A stretch of DNA of 63,064 bases from an uncultured Planctomycetales bacterium (GCA_964487685.1 CAZASA010000003.1:1-63064), one strand, 5' to 3'. Shown: positions 39,271 to 49,372, numbered from the stretch's first letter. The notes: generated by a model not told the origin, from the sequence alone. Numbers and translations are program-made.

Positions 39271-40467
39271 TTCAGCAATGTCCTTCATCGACCGGCAGGT
39301 GTCCATGCTTTTTTTGTGGATCAATCGGAATGCGGCATCTTCGGAGAGATTGTTCATCTTCATCAGGATCCCCTTGGCCCGTTCCACAAGCTTGCGGGTT
39401 TCCAGGGCTTGCTTGGCTTCCACGGCTTGGTGCATCAACTTGGTATTCTCAACCGCGACCGCCGCCTGATTGGCGACGATCTGAAGGACGCCGACTTCCT
39501 GCTCTTCAAAATGGTGCGGCTGTTTGGTATACACGTTAATGACCCCGATGGCCTTGCCTTTGGCGATCATGGGCACCGCCACCATGGAAGTCAGGCCTTC
39601 TTTCAGGGCCAGGTCACGGTAAGCATATTTTTCATCTTTACTGACATCATAGACCATGGCCGGTTTTTTGGAGGTGATCACAGAACCGGTCAAACTGTTC
39701 TGTACCTTGATATTGGGTTTTAATTTATATTCCGAGCTTAACGATTGCGTGGCCTTGATCGAAAGCTCCAGGCCCTTATCATCCAGGAGCATGATGGAAC
39801 AAATTTTTGAATTTAGCATTTCAGCGGTGACCACCACGATCAAGTCCAGGATCTCTTCTAAATAATCCTCGCTCGTGATCGAACGGCTGACCTTGATCAA
39901 GGAATCGAATTGCAGGGCTTTCTTCTTTGTTTCCTCAAACAGCCTGGCATGTTCAATGATACCCCCGACCTGCTTGGCGATCATTTCGATCAAATTGACC
40001 GTCTCCGTCGAATAATCCTGCTGGCTTTTATGCTGGACATTAACGACCCCGATGGCCTTGCCTTTATAGATGACGGGTACTGACAAGAACGCTTCGTATC
40101 GGTCTTCAGGGAGCACATCGAAACTTTTAAAGCGCGGGTCGCGGTAGGCGCGGGCCTTGATAGCCACTGTCTTATTTTCCCGGGCCACCCAGCCGGTGAT
40201 CCCTTCCCCGGTCTTCAAGACCACATTGCCCAGTTCTTTTTTATGCGCGGTTTTGGACGCCATCAAAACCAAATTCTGTTTGCTCTCATCAAAAAGATAG
40301 ATAAAAACAGAGTCCGCGTCCGTCATTTCGGTGACGATCTTAACGATCAACTGCAGCGTCAGGTTCAAATCAAGCTCGGATGAGGCGATATCAACCACAT
40401 TGCGCAAGATCTGCAGCTCTTGGTTGGATGTCACACTTAGCTTTTTATTTTTGGTGCGTTCTGCCAT
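39235..40467 (-). CDS. GAF-GAF-ANTAR RNA-binding regulator
   Basis: Two GAF domains (EGITGWVA..FLSVPV..IGVVNVQ; AVPM..IGVINVY) plus ALETRKLVERAKGILM...SEDAAFRLIHKKSMD. Confidence 0.92.
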   Translation of the reverse strand: MAERTKNKKLSVTSNQELQILRNVVDIASSELDLNLTLQLIVKIVTEMTDADSVFIYLFDESKQNLVLMASKTAHKKELGNVVLKTGEGITGWVARENKTVAIKARAYRDPRFKSFDVLPEDRYEAFLSVPVIYKGKAIGVVNVQHKSQQDYSTETVNLIEMIAKQVGGIIEHARLFEETKKKALQFDSLIKVSRSITSEDYLEEILDLIVVVTAEMLNSKICSIMLLDDKGLELSIKATQSLSSEYKLKPNIKVQNSLTGSVITSKKPAMVYDVSKDEKYAYRDLALKEGLTSMVAVPMIAKGKAIGVINVYTKQPHHFEEQEVGVLQIVANQAAVAVENTKLMHQAVEAKQALETRKLVERAKGILMKMNNLSEDAAFRLIHKKSMDTCRSMKDIAESVILMAELRTG

Positions 40468-40572
40468 AAACTTACTATTTCAAATGTTGCCAGATATGTG
40501 CCGTTACCTTAATGCTTCTATTAAACAAACGGCCTGCCATAGGATTTCCTAAATCGTTATTGTGATTTGAAT

Positions 40573-40622
40573 ACAATACCATAGCACTATCCTCTTGACA
40601 ATATTACTTTTATTTCTATGAT
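40573..40622. promoter_or_regulatory. Overlapping divergent promoters (nuoJ + / ANTAR -)
   Basis: + strand TTGACA-16-TATGAT; - strand TTGTCA-17-TATTGT, sharing the -35 region. Confidence 0.55.
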
Positions 40623-40634
40623 TAGAGGACACGT

Positions 40635-41156
40635 ATGTCTCATATTTTCTTCTATCTTTTCGCTTTAACCCTGGTCCTGGCAAGCCTCACTGTCGTGCTT
40701 GCCCGCAACCCCCTTTACAATGTCCTGGCCCTGGTCGTCGCTATTTTTGCGTTATCGTGTCTTTTTGTGCTTCTTGAGGCCTTTTTTGTTGGCATGGTCC
40801 TGCTGCTGGTTTATGCGGGTGCCGTACTTGTCTTCTTCCTTTTTGTGGTGATGTGCCTGAACCTTAATGCCATTAAACTCGACCAGGTTAAGCAAAGCCG
40901 TTTTCGCTTATGGGGCACGGTGGTCGGATTGATGTATGCCTCTTCTTTTTATTTAGCTGTCCGGAGTTTCATCCAGGCCCAAACAATGGAACCTTCTTCC
41001 ATCCGCGGGACCATCGAGATTATCGGCATGGTCCTTTTTACACAATACTTACTGCCTTTTGAACTGACTTCTCTATTATTATTGATCGCGATCTTCGGGA
41101 TCGTTTCCCTGGCGCAAGGGGCGTTGAGCACCGGCAAGGACTTAGAAACCTTATGA
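40635..41156 (+). CDS. nuoJ: NADH-quinone oxidoreductase subunit J
   Basis: LVYAGAVLVFFLFVVM, YLLPFELTS. Confidence 0.93.
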   Translation: MSHIFFYLFALTLVLASLTVVLARNPLYNVLALVVAIFALSCLFVLLEAFFVGMVLLLVYAGAVLVFFLFVVMCLNLNAIKLDQVKQSRFRLWGTVVGLMYASSFYLAVRSFIQAQTMEPSSIRGTIEIIGMVLFTQYLLPFELTSLLLLIAIFGIVSLAQGALSTGKDLETL

Positions 41157-41455
41157 TCGCACTAGGCTATTATTTGAGTTTAAGCGGCATTATCTTTTCC
41201 ATTGGACTGGTAGGTGTCATGACCAGCCGCAGTGTACTCAAGGTGCTTTTGTCGCTGGAACTTTTGTTGGCCGCGTCCAACCTTTCCTTTGTGTCCTTTT
41301 CAAAATATAACGGCGATTACGCGGGACAGTTGATCGTCTTTTTCGTCATCCTCGTTGCCGCGGCAGAGGTTGCTATCGGGCTTGCCATCATTGTATTGAT
41401 GTACCGGCGTTTATCAACGATCCAGGCTGATGAATTAAGGACAATGAAATGGTAA
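41153..41455 (+). CDS. nuoK: NADH-quinone oxidoreductase subunit K
   Basis: LELLL, VAAAEVAIGLAI. Confidence 0.95.
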   Translation: MIALGYYLSLSGIIFSIGLVGVMTSRSVLKVLLSLELLLAASNLSFVSFSKYNGDYAGQLIVFFVILVAAAEVAIGLAIIVLMYRRLSTIQADELRTMKW

Positions 41456-43308
41456 GCGCCCACTTGGTTTGGATAGCCTTTTTTGCGCCGCTCGTTGCCT
41501 GCGTTCTTATCACTCTTTTCTTCCTTAATAATAAAACTTACAGCTCGCTCATTGCCATCGCGGGCATCCTAAGTTCTTTTATTTGCAGCTGTTTGGTCTT
41601 TGCTCAAATATTCCACTCCAACCCTCCGGCCGAATTTCAGCAATCCTTGACCTGGATTAACATCGATGCCTTGACCATTAACTTCGGGTTTTTAATAAAC
41701 CCGCTGGCCATCATGATGTTATTGATCGTTACCGGGGTCGGCTCTGCTATTTTTATTTATTCACGCGGCTATATGGATGAGGATCCCTGTGCCCCCCGGT
41801 TCTTCGCGGAATTAAGCCTTTTTGCCTTCTCAATGATAGGCATTGTGCTTTCCAATAATTTTATTCAGCTATTCATATTTTGGGAGCTGGTCGGTTTAAG
41901 CTCCTATCTGTTGATCGGCTTCTGGTATGCCAAGCCTTCTGCCGCCGACGCGGGAGTCAAAGCCTTTTTGGTCAACCGTTTATCTGATTTTGGTTTTCTT
42001 TGCGGGATCATTTTATTGTGGAGCCTATCGGATATCGGCAATGGCCGTAGCTTCCTTTTCACTGACCTGACCAGCGTCATCCCTCATATTGATCCTCATT
42101 TACTGACGATAGTCGGTCTCTTGTTATTCTGCGGGGTCATCGGCAAATCTGCCCAGGTCCCTTTACATGTTTGGCTGATCGATGCCATGGAAGGCCCCAC
42201 CCCGGTCAGCGCCCTGATCCATGCCGCAACCATGGTGGCCGCCGGTATTTACCTGTTGGCCCGCTCCTTTTTTATTTTTGAACCCTCAGCCACGACCTTA
42301 AGTTTTATCGCGTACACCGGGGCCGTCACGGCCCTCATGGCGGCCATACTCGCCGTTGCTGAAGATGATATTAAAAGGATCCTGGCCTATTCAACGCTTA
42401 GCCAATTAGGTTTAATGGTCATGGCCTTAGGCTTGGGCGGCCCTATGCAGGGGATGTATCACCTGACCACGCATGCCTTTTTTAAAGCCCTGCTGTTCCT
42501 CGGCGCCGGCTCTGTGATCTATGCCCTTCACCATGAACAAAATATCTGGAAGATGCAAGGCCTCTTAAAGAAAATGCCCATCACCGGAATAACCTTTCTT
42601 ATCGGGACCCTGGCCCTTTGCGGCATTTTCCCGTTAAGCGGATTTTGGAGCAAGGATGCGATCCTGGCCCTTGCTTTTGAGAATAACACCGTGCTTTATC
42701 TGATCGCCGCTTTAGCCAGCGGATTGACCGCTTTTTATATGGGTCGTTTGTTTTGGGTAGTATTCTGGGGCACTCCGGCGGCCTTGCATCACGGCCCGGA
42801 AGCTCATGATATCCATGAATCCCCGTTGGTGATGACACTGCCCTTGGTCTTCCTGGCCATCCTTTCGGCCATCGGAGGATTTATCGGTATCCCTCAACTG
42901 ATTTTTCCTGCCCAAGCCTCTGAAGCATTGAACATGAAGGTCGCCATCATATCTTCAGCGATCGCTGTTCTAGGGCTTGTCTTTTCCTATGTTATTTACG
43001 GCAAGCGCACTTCAAACGATCCATTAGTAAAAATGCTTGGCGGCTTCCATGCTGTTTTGAGAAATAAATTTTATTTCGATATTGTTTACACCTGGTATGT
43101 GGATACGATCCAGCAAACCATGGCTGTTCTTTTAGCTAAATTTGAAAAAGAATTCATTGTCCGTTACTGTGTTGGCGGGCTGACCAACCTGGCCCGAAAT
43201 AGCGGCAAGACCTTCCGTTATTTACAAAACGGCCTGGTCCAGTTCTATGCCTTGATCTTTATCCTGGGAGCTATTTTGCTATTTCTTTTTTTGATGCGGG
43301 TGCATTAA
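41449..43308 (+). CDS. nuoL: NADH-quinone oxidoreductase subunit L
   Basis: WELVGLSSYLLIGFW, GKSAQVPLHVWL, HLTTHAFFKALLFL. Confidence 0.96.
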   Translation: MVSAHLVWIAFFAPLVACVLITLFFLNNKTYSSLIAIAGILSSFICSCLVFAQIFHSNPPAEFQQSLTWINIDALTINFGFLINPLAIMMLLIVTGVGSAIFIYSRGYMDEDPCAPRFFAELSLFAFSMIGIVLSNNFIQLFIFWELVGLSSYLLIGFWYAKPSAADAGVKAFLVNRLSDFGFLCGIILLWSLSDIGNGRSFLFTDLTSVIPHIDPHLLTIVGLLLFCGVIGKSAQVPLHVWLIDAMEGPTPVSALIHAATMVAAGIYLLARSFFIFEPSATTLSFIAYTGAVTALMAAILAVAEDDIKRILAYSTLSQLGLMVMALGLGGPMQGMYHLTTHAFFKALLFLGAGSVIYALHHEQNIWKMQGLLKKMPITGITFLIGTLALCGIFPLSGFWSKDAILALAFENNTVLYLIAALASGLTAFYMGRLFWVVFWGTPAALHHGPEAHDIHESPLVMTLPLVFLAILSAIGGFIGIPQLIFPAQASEALNMKVAIISSAIAVLGLVFSYVIYGKRTSNDPLVKMLGGFHAVLRNKFYFDIVYTWYVDTIQQTMAVLLAKFEKEFIVRYCVGGLTNLARNSGKTFRYLQNGLVQFYALIFILGAILLFLFLMRVH

Positions 43309-43314
43309 TTATAT

Positions 43315-43340
43315 GTCATTCCCGCGAAAGCGGGAATCCA
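43315..43340. repeat. CGTC-type REP
   Basis: Exact GTCATTCCCGCGAAAGCGGGAATCCA between nuoL and nuoM. Confidence 0.92.
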
Positions 43341-43370
43341 TAACAGAATTAATTCTCAAGTGGCTCATTT

Positions 43371-44846
43371 ATGATAACACCTAATCTTTCCTGGATCCTT
43401 TTACTGCCCTTGCTGGGATTAGGCCTTCTGTGCCTGGTGCCGGCGCATTCAACGGCCTTGATCCGTCGTATATCAAATTTTGCCGTGCTTCTTCCTTTTA
43501 TCCTCTCCATCTGGGTATACGCGGCTTACGACCATGCGGCCGGCGGCTTTCAATTTGTCCAGAATATTCCCTGGGTCGTGCCCTTTGGCATTTCCTATCA
43601 TCTGGGTGTTGACGGTATCAATTCATTGATGCTACTGCTCTTGGGGGCAGCTTCCATGTCAGCAGTCCTGGTATCCGCCTCTATTAAGGAACGCATTAAG
43701 GAATATTATATCCTTCTGTTGATCACGGTCATCGGCACCTACGGCGCATTTTTGTCCCTGGATATTTTCTTTTTCTATTTCTTTCATGAAGTGGCTGCTG
43801 TCCCGGTCTTTTTAATGATCGCGATATGGGGATCCGAGCGTCGTGAATTCGCGGCCATGAAACTGACCTTGTATCTGGTGGCCGGCGCCTCCATTGCCCT
43901 GATCGGACTATTGGCCCTGTATTCTGCCACCGGTCTTCAGACATTTGATTTAGTACAGATCCAACAGCAATTAGCCGCCCATCCCCTGCCGATCGACGTG
44001 CAAAACTGGATTTTCCCGTTGATCGTCCTTGGGTTTGGTATCACCCTTACCCTCTGGCCCTTTTATACCTGGGCACCGGTGGGTTATGCCGAAGCGCCCA
44101 CCGCCATCAGTATGCTGCATGCCGGTGTTCTCAAAAAAATGGGGGCTTACGCTATTATCCGTTTTGCCCTCCAGTTAATGCCGCAAGCAGCCCATGCCTG
44201 GATGCCTATCATTGCTGGCTTGGCCATTGTCAATATTGTTTACTGTGGTTTCATTGCGCTCACCCAGCGTGATCTAAAATATATTTTAGGATACTCCAGC
44301 TGCAGCCACATGGGATACATCTTGCTTGGATTAGCCTGCTTTAATACGATCGGGCTTAACGGTGTCGTGTACCTGATGTTTGCCCACGGCATCATGGCGG
44401 CCCTGGCATTCGCCCTCACAGGATTTGTTGTTGACCAGACCAAGACCCGGAATTTAGATGAATTAGGCGGACTTCTTAAATGCATGCCTTTTATCGGTGT
44501 GTGTTTTATGATGGCCGCCCTGGCCTCTGCCGGTGTTCCCGGATTTGCCAATTTTGTCGCCGAGATCCTGGTCCTTCTGGGCGCCTGGGACCAATACCGA
44601 TGGCTTACGGTCTTTGCCATCTTCGGGCTTGTGATCACCGCCATCTATTTGCTTAAAGCGATCCGTCTGGGGTTCCAAGGGCCGCTTGACCCTAAATTTG
44701 CCGTCCTGACAGATGCCCAAACACTTTCAGCCAAATTGCCTTATGCTTTATTGTTAGCTTTATTAATATTAGTCGGGTGCTTACCCGCTGTCATCTTGAC
44801 CCATATCGCCTCAAGTACGAAGACGATCGTAGAAAGTATCCAATAA
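43371..44846 (+). CDS. nuoM: NADH-quinone oxidoreductase subunit M
   Basis: YHLGVDGI, LKKMGAY, YSSCSHMG, GVPGFANFVAE. Confidence 0.94.
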   Translation: MITPNLSWILLLPLLGLGLLCLVPAHSTALIRRISNFAVLLPFILSIWVYAAYDHAAGGFQFVQNIPWVVPFGISYHLGVDGINSLMLLLLGAASMSAVLVSASIKERIKEYYILLLITVIGTYGAFLSLDIFFFYFFHEVAAVPVFLMIAIWGSERREFAAMKLTLYLVAGASIALIGLLALYSATGLQTFDLVQIQQQLAAHPLPIDVQNWIFPLIVLGFGITLTLWPFYTWAPVGYAEAPTAISMLHAGVLKKMGAYAIIRFALQLMPQAAHAWMPIIAGLAIVNIVYCGFIALTQRDLKYILGYSSCSHMGYILLGLACFNTIGLNGVVYLMFAHGIMAALAFALTGFVVDQTKTRNLDELGGLLKCMPFIGVCFMMAALASAGVPGFANFVAEILVLLGAWDQYRWLTVFAIFGLVITAIYLLKAIRLGFQGPLDPKFAVLTDAQTLSAKLPYALLLALLILVGCLPAVILTHIASSTKTIVESIQ

Positions 44847-44849
44847 ATT

Positions 44850-44881
44850 CCCCCTCTTTTGTATAAAGAGGGGTTAGGGGA
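44850..44881. repeat. CCCCTCTTT-N5-AAAGAGGGG-TTAGGGGA palindromic element
   Basis: 9-bp perfect arms with a G-rich tail, between nuoM and nuoN; single copy here. Confidence 0.6.
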
Positions 44882-44900
44882 GTTACAATAATTAAAGCTT

Positions 44901-46349
44901 ATGTATCCCGTTATTGATTGGAATTTAATTTCATTAGAAACGCTGATCGGCATTGTCCTGGTGTCCTTGATCGTGGTGGATATTGCCTTGCCGCGTAAGG
45001 TCGAACGGGACTGGATCGGGATCTTTAGTTTTATCGCTCTTGTTGGTCTTAATATTTTCTGGCTTACTCAAGGGAGTCTTAGCGGCATCACCTTTGGCGG
45101 CATGTTCGTCATGGACTCTCTGGCATGGTTCTTCAAAGGATTTTTCCTCATCGCCATGGTCTTTGTCTTTGCCATGACCCAGGAATTCTTTAAATCTTTG
45201 GGAGAGCGTCGCAATGAGTTTTATTTGTTGTTATGGGTCGCCCTTCTGGGGATGTGCCTCATTGCTTCCAGTGCGGATTTTCTATTGATGTTCATTGCCA
45301 TTGAAATACTTACCATCTCTCTCTATGTTATGACTGCCTATCTTAAAAGCGATAAGCTTTCCATTGAAGCAGGGATGAAATATTTGATCCTGGGTTCATT
45401 GGCTTCCGGGTTTTTCCTTTATGGGTTAAGCTTCCTTTACGGCGTCACCCACTCCACTAATTTTTCAGCGATCCAGGCTTTTAGCCTGACTCATGCCCTG
45501 GCACCGATGACCCTTTTTGCCATGGTCCTTATCTTTGCGGCTGTTGGTTTTAAGATCGGGGCGGTGCCTTTTCACATGTGGGTGGCTGATGTGTACCAGG
45601 GAGCGCCGACACCGGTGACCGCCCTGTTGTCCGTCGGGTCCAAAGCCGCCGGCTTCATTGTCCTGGTCAGGCTTTTCTTCGGCGTGTTTGGCGCCTGGCA
45701 TGAGCAATGGAGCTTGAGTCTGGCGATCCTTTCAGCCATTACCATGACCTATGGTAATTTGGTGGCGATGTTTCAAACCAATATCAAACGCCTGTTGGGG
45801 TATTCCAGCATCAGCCACGCGGGTTATCTGTTGATGGGAGCTGCGGCAGGAACTGCCTTAGGAGCTTCGGGAATCAATTTCTATTTATTGGGTTATCTGT
45901 TTACGAACCTTGCGGCGTTCTTGGTCATTATCGTTTTTTCGATCGCCACCCATAGTGATGAGATCGCGGATTATGCCGGTCTTGTTAAACGTTCGGGTCT
46001 TTTGGCTTTTACCCTGCTTTTGGCTTTGGTATCATTGGCGGGCATGCCGCCCTTGGCCGGGTTCTTTGGTAAATTCACCTTACTGATGGCGGTAATTCAA
46101 AAAGGATATCTATGGCTGGCCTTGGTCGCCGGGGTCAATATTGTTATTTCGCTTTACTATTATTTGATGGTCGCCAAACGCATCTATGTTGACAGCCCTC
46201 ACAACTCTTCCCCGATTGCTGTCCCTGCAGGTATTAAACTGCTCCTGGTCCTTGCCATCTTCGGCATCGTCATTGTCGGGATATTCCAAGGCCCATTCCT
46301 GGATGCGGCCATGACCGCGGTCCAGGGCATGTACCTTTCCCGCTTATAA
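44901..46349 (+). CDS. nuoN: NADH-quinone oxidoreductase subunit N
   Basis: EAGMKY, FKIGAVPFHMWVADVYQGAP, KRLLGYSSISHAG, SLAGMPPLAGF. Confidence 0.96.
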   Translation: MYPVIDWNLISLETLIGIVLVSLIVVDIALPRKVERDWIGIFSFIALVGLNIFWLTQGSLSGITFGGMFVMDSLAWFFKGFFLIAMVFVFAMTQEFFKSLGERRNEFYLLLWVALLGMCLIASSADFLLMFIAIEILTISLYVMTAYLKSDKLSIEAGMKYLILGSLASGFFLYGLSFLYGVTHSTNFSAIQAFSLTHALAPMTLFAMVLIFAAVGFKIGAVPFHMWVADVYQGAPTPVTALLSVGSKAAGFIVLVRLFFGVFGAWHEQWSLSLAILSAITMTYGNLVAMFQTNIKRLLGYSSISHAGYLLMGAAAGTALGASGINFYLLGYLFTNLAAFLVIIVFSIATHSDEIADYAGLVKRSGLLAFTLLLALVSLAGMPPLAGFFGKFTLLMAVIQKGYLWLALVAGVNIVISLYYYLMVAKRIYVDSPHNSSPIAVPAGIKLLLVLAIFGIVIVGIFQGPFLDAAMTAVQGMYLSRL

Positions 46350-46357
46350 ATTAACAC

Positions 46358-46384
46358 GTCATTGCGAGCGCAGCGAAGCAATCT
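46358..46384. repeat. CGTC-type REP, GTCATTGCGAG subfamily
   Basis: (C)GTCATTGCGAGCGCAGCGAAGCAATCT between convergent nuoN and REC genes. Confidence 0.85.
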
Positions 46385-46792
46385 CTAATTATTCCTTGAA
46401 CGATTGATCTCTTTGCGGACAGTGCTTAATAATTTTGGGTAATGCAGCGGCTTGGCAAAAGCGCGGTAGGATTCATTGCCGATGATGATGATAAGATCCC
46501 CTTTATCGTCCCTCACGTCAATGGTGTTGGTTGCAAAAACAATGGGGATATCTCTGGTGTCAGGGTCATTCTTTAATCGGGTGACAAATTCCCGGCCATC
46601 GCCATCCGGGAAAATCACGTCCATCAGGATCGCGTCAGGCTTTTGGGCTTTGGCGATCTTCAAACACTCTGCTTCGTTCCAGGCTAAAAGCACCTGATAG
46701 CCGTCATTGATGAATGCCTTTTCCGTCATTTTCTGCGCCACCGGATTATCATCAACCAACAGTATCGTCTTCGGGTTTTTATGCATGCGCAC
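46385..46792 (-). CDS. Single-domain response regulator (REC)
   Basis: ILLVDDN, DAILMDVIFP, IPIVF, AKP. Confidence 0.88.
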   Translation of the reverse strand: MRMHKNPKTILLVDDNPVAQKMTEKAFINDGYQVLLAWNEAECLKIAKAQKPDAILMDVIFPDGDGREFVTRLKNDPDTRDIPIVFATNTIDVRDDKGDLIIIIGNESYRAFAKPLHYPKLLSTVRKEINRSRNN

Positions 46793-46810
46793 TTCCCTGG
46801 ATTTAGCGGG

Positions 46811-46936
46811 TTATCTGGTATTGGTGTGAAAAACAGCGGTAAAAAGATAAATGAAGGCAATGGCCACGGCCATCATCGCGACAGCGGCAGCAACCAGCCC
46901 AAGGCCATTAAGCACTTCCCGGAATTTTTTATTCAT
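46811..46936 (-). CDS. Putative 41-aa single-TM protein
   Basis: My translation: MNKKFREVLNGLGLVAAAVAMMAVAIAFIYLFTAVFHTNTR; TGnTAACAT 7 nt upstream. Confidence 0.55.
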   Translation of the reverse strand: MNKKFREVLNGLGLVAAAVAMMAVAIAFIYLFTAVFHTNTR

Positions 46937-47030
46937 GGGTAATATGTTATCACAAAAAATAATCCTGCCAGGAACTTAATTTAACTTTCGAACTTTCGTG
47001 ACATACCATAAAGCGTGTAAATTACTCTAC

Positions 47031-47056
47031 GTCATTCCCGCGAAAGCGGGAATCCA
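47031..47056. repeat. CGTC-type REP
   Basis: Exact copy, 3' of the htrA-like gene. Confidence 0.92.
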
Positions 47057-47065
47057 TAAAAAAAA

Positions 47066-47995
47066 TTAAATTTGCGGCACGATGGCGACGATGATCTTTT
47101 CAAAATCACGGATAACCGTCAGCTTATACTCATGCCCTGCAACAGCCTTGGTCAAAAGCTTGTGGAGATCATCAATGGAGGCGATCATTTGGTCATCCAT
47201 CCCAATGATCACATCACCTGCCCGTAAACCAAAACGCTCTGCAGGACTGCCTGGTTCAAGACCGGTAATGCTTACCCCTGATTCAACAGGAGTTTTACCT
47301 ACATGCACCATGCCCTTGGGTAAGATGACATTCTGGACCATGACCCCGATGAACCCGCGGCGGACCTGACCGCTTCGCATCAGTTCAGTGGCAATAAATG
47401 TGGCGGTATTGGACGGAATGGCAAAGCACAGCCCCTGAGCCGGCAGGATCACAGCGGTATTGACGCCTATCACTTCGCTCTGGCTATTGAGCAACGGGCC
47501 GCCTGAGTTGCCGGGATTAAGGGCCGCGTCAGTCTGGATGATCTCTTCGATCAACCGCCCGGATTGCGAGCGCATGGAACGCCCCAAAGCGCTGATCACC
47601 CCTGCTGTAAGCGTGCATTGAAAACTATAGGGATTCCCGATGGCAATAGCGATCTGACCTACGCGCAAACGGCTGGAATCGCCTAATGGCAAGAAGTTCA
47701 GGTCATGCAAGCCGACGTGGATGACAGCAAGGTCTGTGTGCGGATCATCCCCTATCAATTGGGCTTCAATGCGGCGACCATCCACAAAACAAACTTCAAT
47801 GTGCCGGGCTTCATGGACCACGTGGCTGTTGGTGATGATGTAGCCATCCGGTGTAAAAACAAATCCTGACCCGCTGCCCTGCCCCTGATTCTTGACCAAA
47901 ATATTAACAACCGCGGAAGAAGCCTTTTGAAAAACACCGCTTACGGTCTGTGAATACGTATCCAATAATTTTTCATCAACGTTACGGAAATCCAT
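47066..47995 (-). CDS. HtrA/DegS-like serine protease with one PDZ domain, no signal peptide
   Basis: ITNSHVV, DLAVI, TDAALNPGNSGGPL, PDZ GSPAERFGLRAGDVI; AGGAGG SD before the ATG at 47995. Confidence 0.92.
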   Translation of the reverse strand: MDFRNVDEKLLDTYSQTVSGVFQKASSAVVNILVKNQGQGSGSGFVFTPDGYIITNSHVVHEARHIEVCFVDGRRIEAQLIGDDPHTDLAVIHVGLHDLNFLPLGDSSRLRVGQIAIAIGNPYSFQCTLTAGVISALGRSMRSQSGRLIEEIIQTDAALNPGNSGGPLLNSQSEVIGVNTAVILPAQGLCFAIPSNTATFIATELMRSGQVRRGFIGVMVQNVILPKGMVHVGKTPVESGVSITGLEPGSPAERFGLRAGDVIIGMDDQMIASIDDLHKLLTKAVAGHEYKLTVIRDFEKIIVAIVPQI

Positions 47996-48040
47996 GATCA
48001 ATCCCTCCTTTTAGCTCACTTATCTATTCTATCATAGCCG

Positions 48041-48673
48041 TCAAATATGAACTTTCTGGAGCTTCTCGATCTCTCGGGGATCCTTGATGGCCCCGATCAA
48101 TTTCGCTTGATGAATATCTTCCATCCCCGATTTATAATTGCCCTCACCAAAAAATGCGCTTGCCCGATTGATATACGCTTCAACAATAGCAGGGTTAAGC
48201 TCAGTGACCTCAGAAAAATCAATGATGGCTTTATCATAAATCTTTTTGTTATTATAGGCTCGTCCGCGGTTTAGGTAGGCAAAGGTTGATTTAGGCTTAA
48301 GTTCAATGGCCTTGGAACAATCTAAAATAGCCAGGTCATTTTTGCCTTTAGTAATATAGGCATTGCAACGGTTATTATAAGCTGATTCAAAATCGGGTTT
48401 GATGGCAATGGCCTTGCTGTAATCAGAAATAGCCTTATCAATCTTGCCCATCAATCCATACGCTTGTCCACGGTTAAAATAGGCGCTGGCGTATTTAGGG
48501 TTCATTTTAATGGCCTTGGCAAATTCTGTGATCGCCCCTTCAAGCTTGTTGCTCTTGGCCAAATTAATGCCCTTTTCCAAATCCCCCTTGGCCGTTTCCA
48601 GGCCCCAGGCATGGCCCGAGATCAACAGCATTCCCAGCAAAATAAGCACATTCATTTTCCTTGGGCTTCTCAT
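48041..48673 (-). CDS. Exported TPR-repeat protein
   Basis: Signal peptide ending AWG; five TPR units (AYFNRG, AYNNR, AYLNRG, AYINRA). Confidence 0.9.
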   Translation of the reverse strand: MRSPRKMNVLILLGMLLISGHAWGLETAKGDLEKGINLAKSNKLEGAITEFAKAIKMNPKYASAYFNRGQAYGLMGKIDKAISDYSKAIAIKPDFESAYNNRCNAYITKGKNDLAILDCSKAIELKPKSTFAYLNRGRAYNNKKIYDKAIIDFSEVTELNPAIVEAYINRASAFFGEGNYKSGMEDIHQAKLIGAIKDPREIEKLQKVHI

Positions 48674-48737
48674 TCTAAATCCTTAATTTAGCAAAATTCA
48701 ATGTACTCCGGTTTCTTTGAAAGGATTGATCTTATTC

Positions 48738-48762
48738 GTAGGGGCGGACCTTGTGTTCGCCC
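48738..48762. repeat. GTAG-type REP
   Basis: GTAG-GGGCGGA-CCTTGTG-TTCGCCC hairpin just 3' of nuoI. Confidence 0.7.
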
Positions 48763-48767
48763 GTTGA

Positions 48768-49370
48768 TTATTCGTCCATCAAACGCTTTTTATTGTAGAT
48801 CATGCTATTGCGGGAGTATTCGGCAATGTTGAGCTTTTGGGTGTCCATGCGGATGGCATCCTCAGGGCAGACTTCGACACAAAAGCCGCAATACACACAT
48901 TTGCCAAGGTCCAGGATAAATTCGGAAGGATATTTTTCAATATTAGGGTCTGGATGCTCGGCGGCGGTGATCTCAATGCACCTGGCCGGGCAGACCGTCT
49001 CACACATCATGCAAGCCACACAGCGGGGAGATCCGTCTTCACGTTTGGTCAAGCGATGGCGGGTCCGCAGCCGTGACGATAAAGGCCTGGGCATTTCCGG
49101 ATATTGATAGGTGACCGCTCCCTTGATATTCTTGCAGAGACCGAACAAATGCAGGATATGAAAGGTCACATTATAAAAGAAATGTTTCGAAGTCAGATAC
49201 AATCCGCTCCAGAGCATCGGCAGATAGGTGTTCTCCCAAGAATTCAATTCCCGGCGGTTGCTTTGTTTCCAGGCGCGCTTCATCTGAGAGACGCGCATGG
49301 CGGCAAAAGGGCCTTTGGGATCAAAATATTTTTCCAATTCCTGACGGCGTTTTTCCGTGGTGTTATCCAT
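48768..49370 (-). CDS. nuoI: NADH-quinone oxidoreductase subunit I
   Basis: CVACMMCETVCP, CVYCGFCVEVCP. Confidence 0.95.
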   Translation of the reverse strand: MDNTTEKRRQELEKYFDPKGPFAAMRVSQMKRAWKQSNRRELNSWENTYLPMLWSGLYLTSKHFFYNVTFHILHLFGLCKNIKGAVTYQYPEMPRPLSSRLRTRHRLTKREDGSPRCVACMMCETVCPARCIEITAAEHPDPNIEKYPSEFILDLGKCVYCGFCVEVCPEDAIRMDTQKLNIAEYSRNSMIYNKKRLMDE

Positions 49371-49372
49371 AT

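Noticed and set aside
46983-46998. AACTTTCG tandem duplication
   Set aside because: Two 8-nt units in an AT-rich spacer; no supporting context.
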